Shown here in pieces: positions 63,612 through 64,000 of a DNA stretch of 64,000 nt. The translations under genes and the position numbers were made by a program. The stretch comes from Camelus dromedarius (Eukaryota): the NCBI RefSeq assembly GCF_036321535.1, contig NC_087436.1, forward strand, positions 115,632,001-115,696,000, given 5' to 3'. The notes beneath the pieces are model-generated. The model worked only from the letters and a program-made list of their open reading frames with translations, had not been told where the DNA came from and searched no databases. Position 1 is the stretch's first letter; each line of letters opens with the position of its first letter.

Positions 63612-64000
63612 TCCAAAATATTTATTGAGTGACAATTATGTTCCAAGCACTATTTATGATGCTAGAGGTACATCAGTGAGCAAATCAGAGGTGTCTCCTT
63701 GCCCTTGCCTGCTCACATTCTGGTTGGAGAAGGGACAGTAAGCAGTAGATACAATGCATTGTTGAAGAGTATCATAGCGACTGCTAGGTGTTATAGAAAA
63801 AGGAAAGAAAGGTGGTCAGAGTAGGTCCCACTGAGTAGGGACAAACAAAAACTTGAAGTGGGTAATAGAGTTAAGGCAGGGAAGAGTGTTTTCTTGACAG
63901 AGTCTAACCAGTTAAAGGTTCTAAAGTGGGATGTGCCTGTTTCAGCAAACCTTAAAGAATCATGTTAGAATCAGGGGTTGGGAAGAGTAGAAAGAGTTGA
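63612..64000 (-). mobile_element. L2 3' end (antisense)
   Basis: caaaatatttattgagtgacaattatgttccaagcact...gctagaggtacatcagtgagcaaa...gctcacattctggttgg. Confidence 0.8.

Noticed and set aside
2648..63628. Remaining 60-125 aa ORFs in the track
   Set aside because: No recognisable domains, many with non-ATG starts or inside repeats; consistent with chance

Overview
AT-rich, repeat-dense mammalian genomic DNA, either intergenic or deep intronic, with no recognisable host protein-coding exon, RNA gene or CRISPR array. The youngest LINE-1 3' ends (42468-43170, 55661-55740) resemble camelid L1 sequence as I recall it, so the taxon is inferred, not confirmed by search. Much of the window is ancient interspersed repeat: MIR, L2, L1MA/MB/MC/ME, MLT1 MaLR LTRs, hAT MER3/MER5A/MER20, and three ERV1-type LTRs, one a complete solo LTR with a 4-bp TSD. 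The only credible protein-coding frame is an open L1 ORF1 (41446-42324). It lies in an unusual L1 that keeps its 5' UTR, ORF1 and 3' end but lacks almost all of ORF2. That deletion resumes exactly after an AG, and the ORF1 cassette is bracketed by a ~52-bp direct repeat. Other oddities are an inverted duplication inside an old L1 with a 61-bp perfect core, CpG-rich patches inside ancient repeats, and several non-repetitive motif-dense segments that may be conserved enhancers. Repeat subfamily names come from recognition by eye and need RepeatMasker/Dfam confirmation; many boundaries are approximate. I see no strong evidence for a wholly new biological system.
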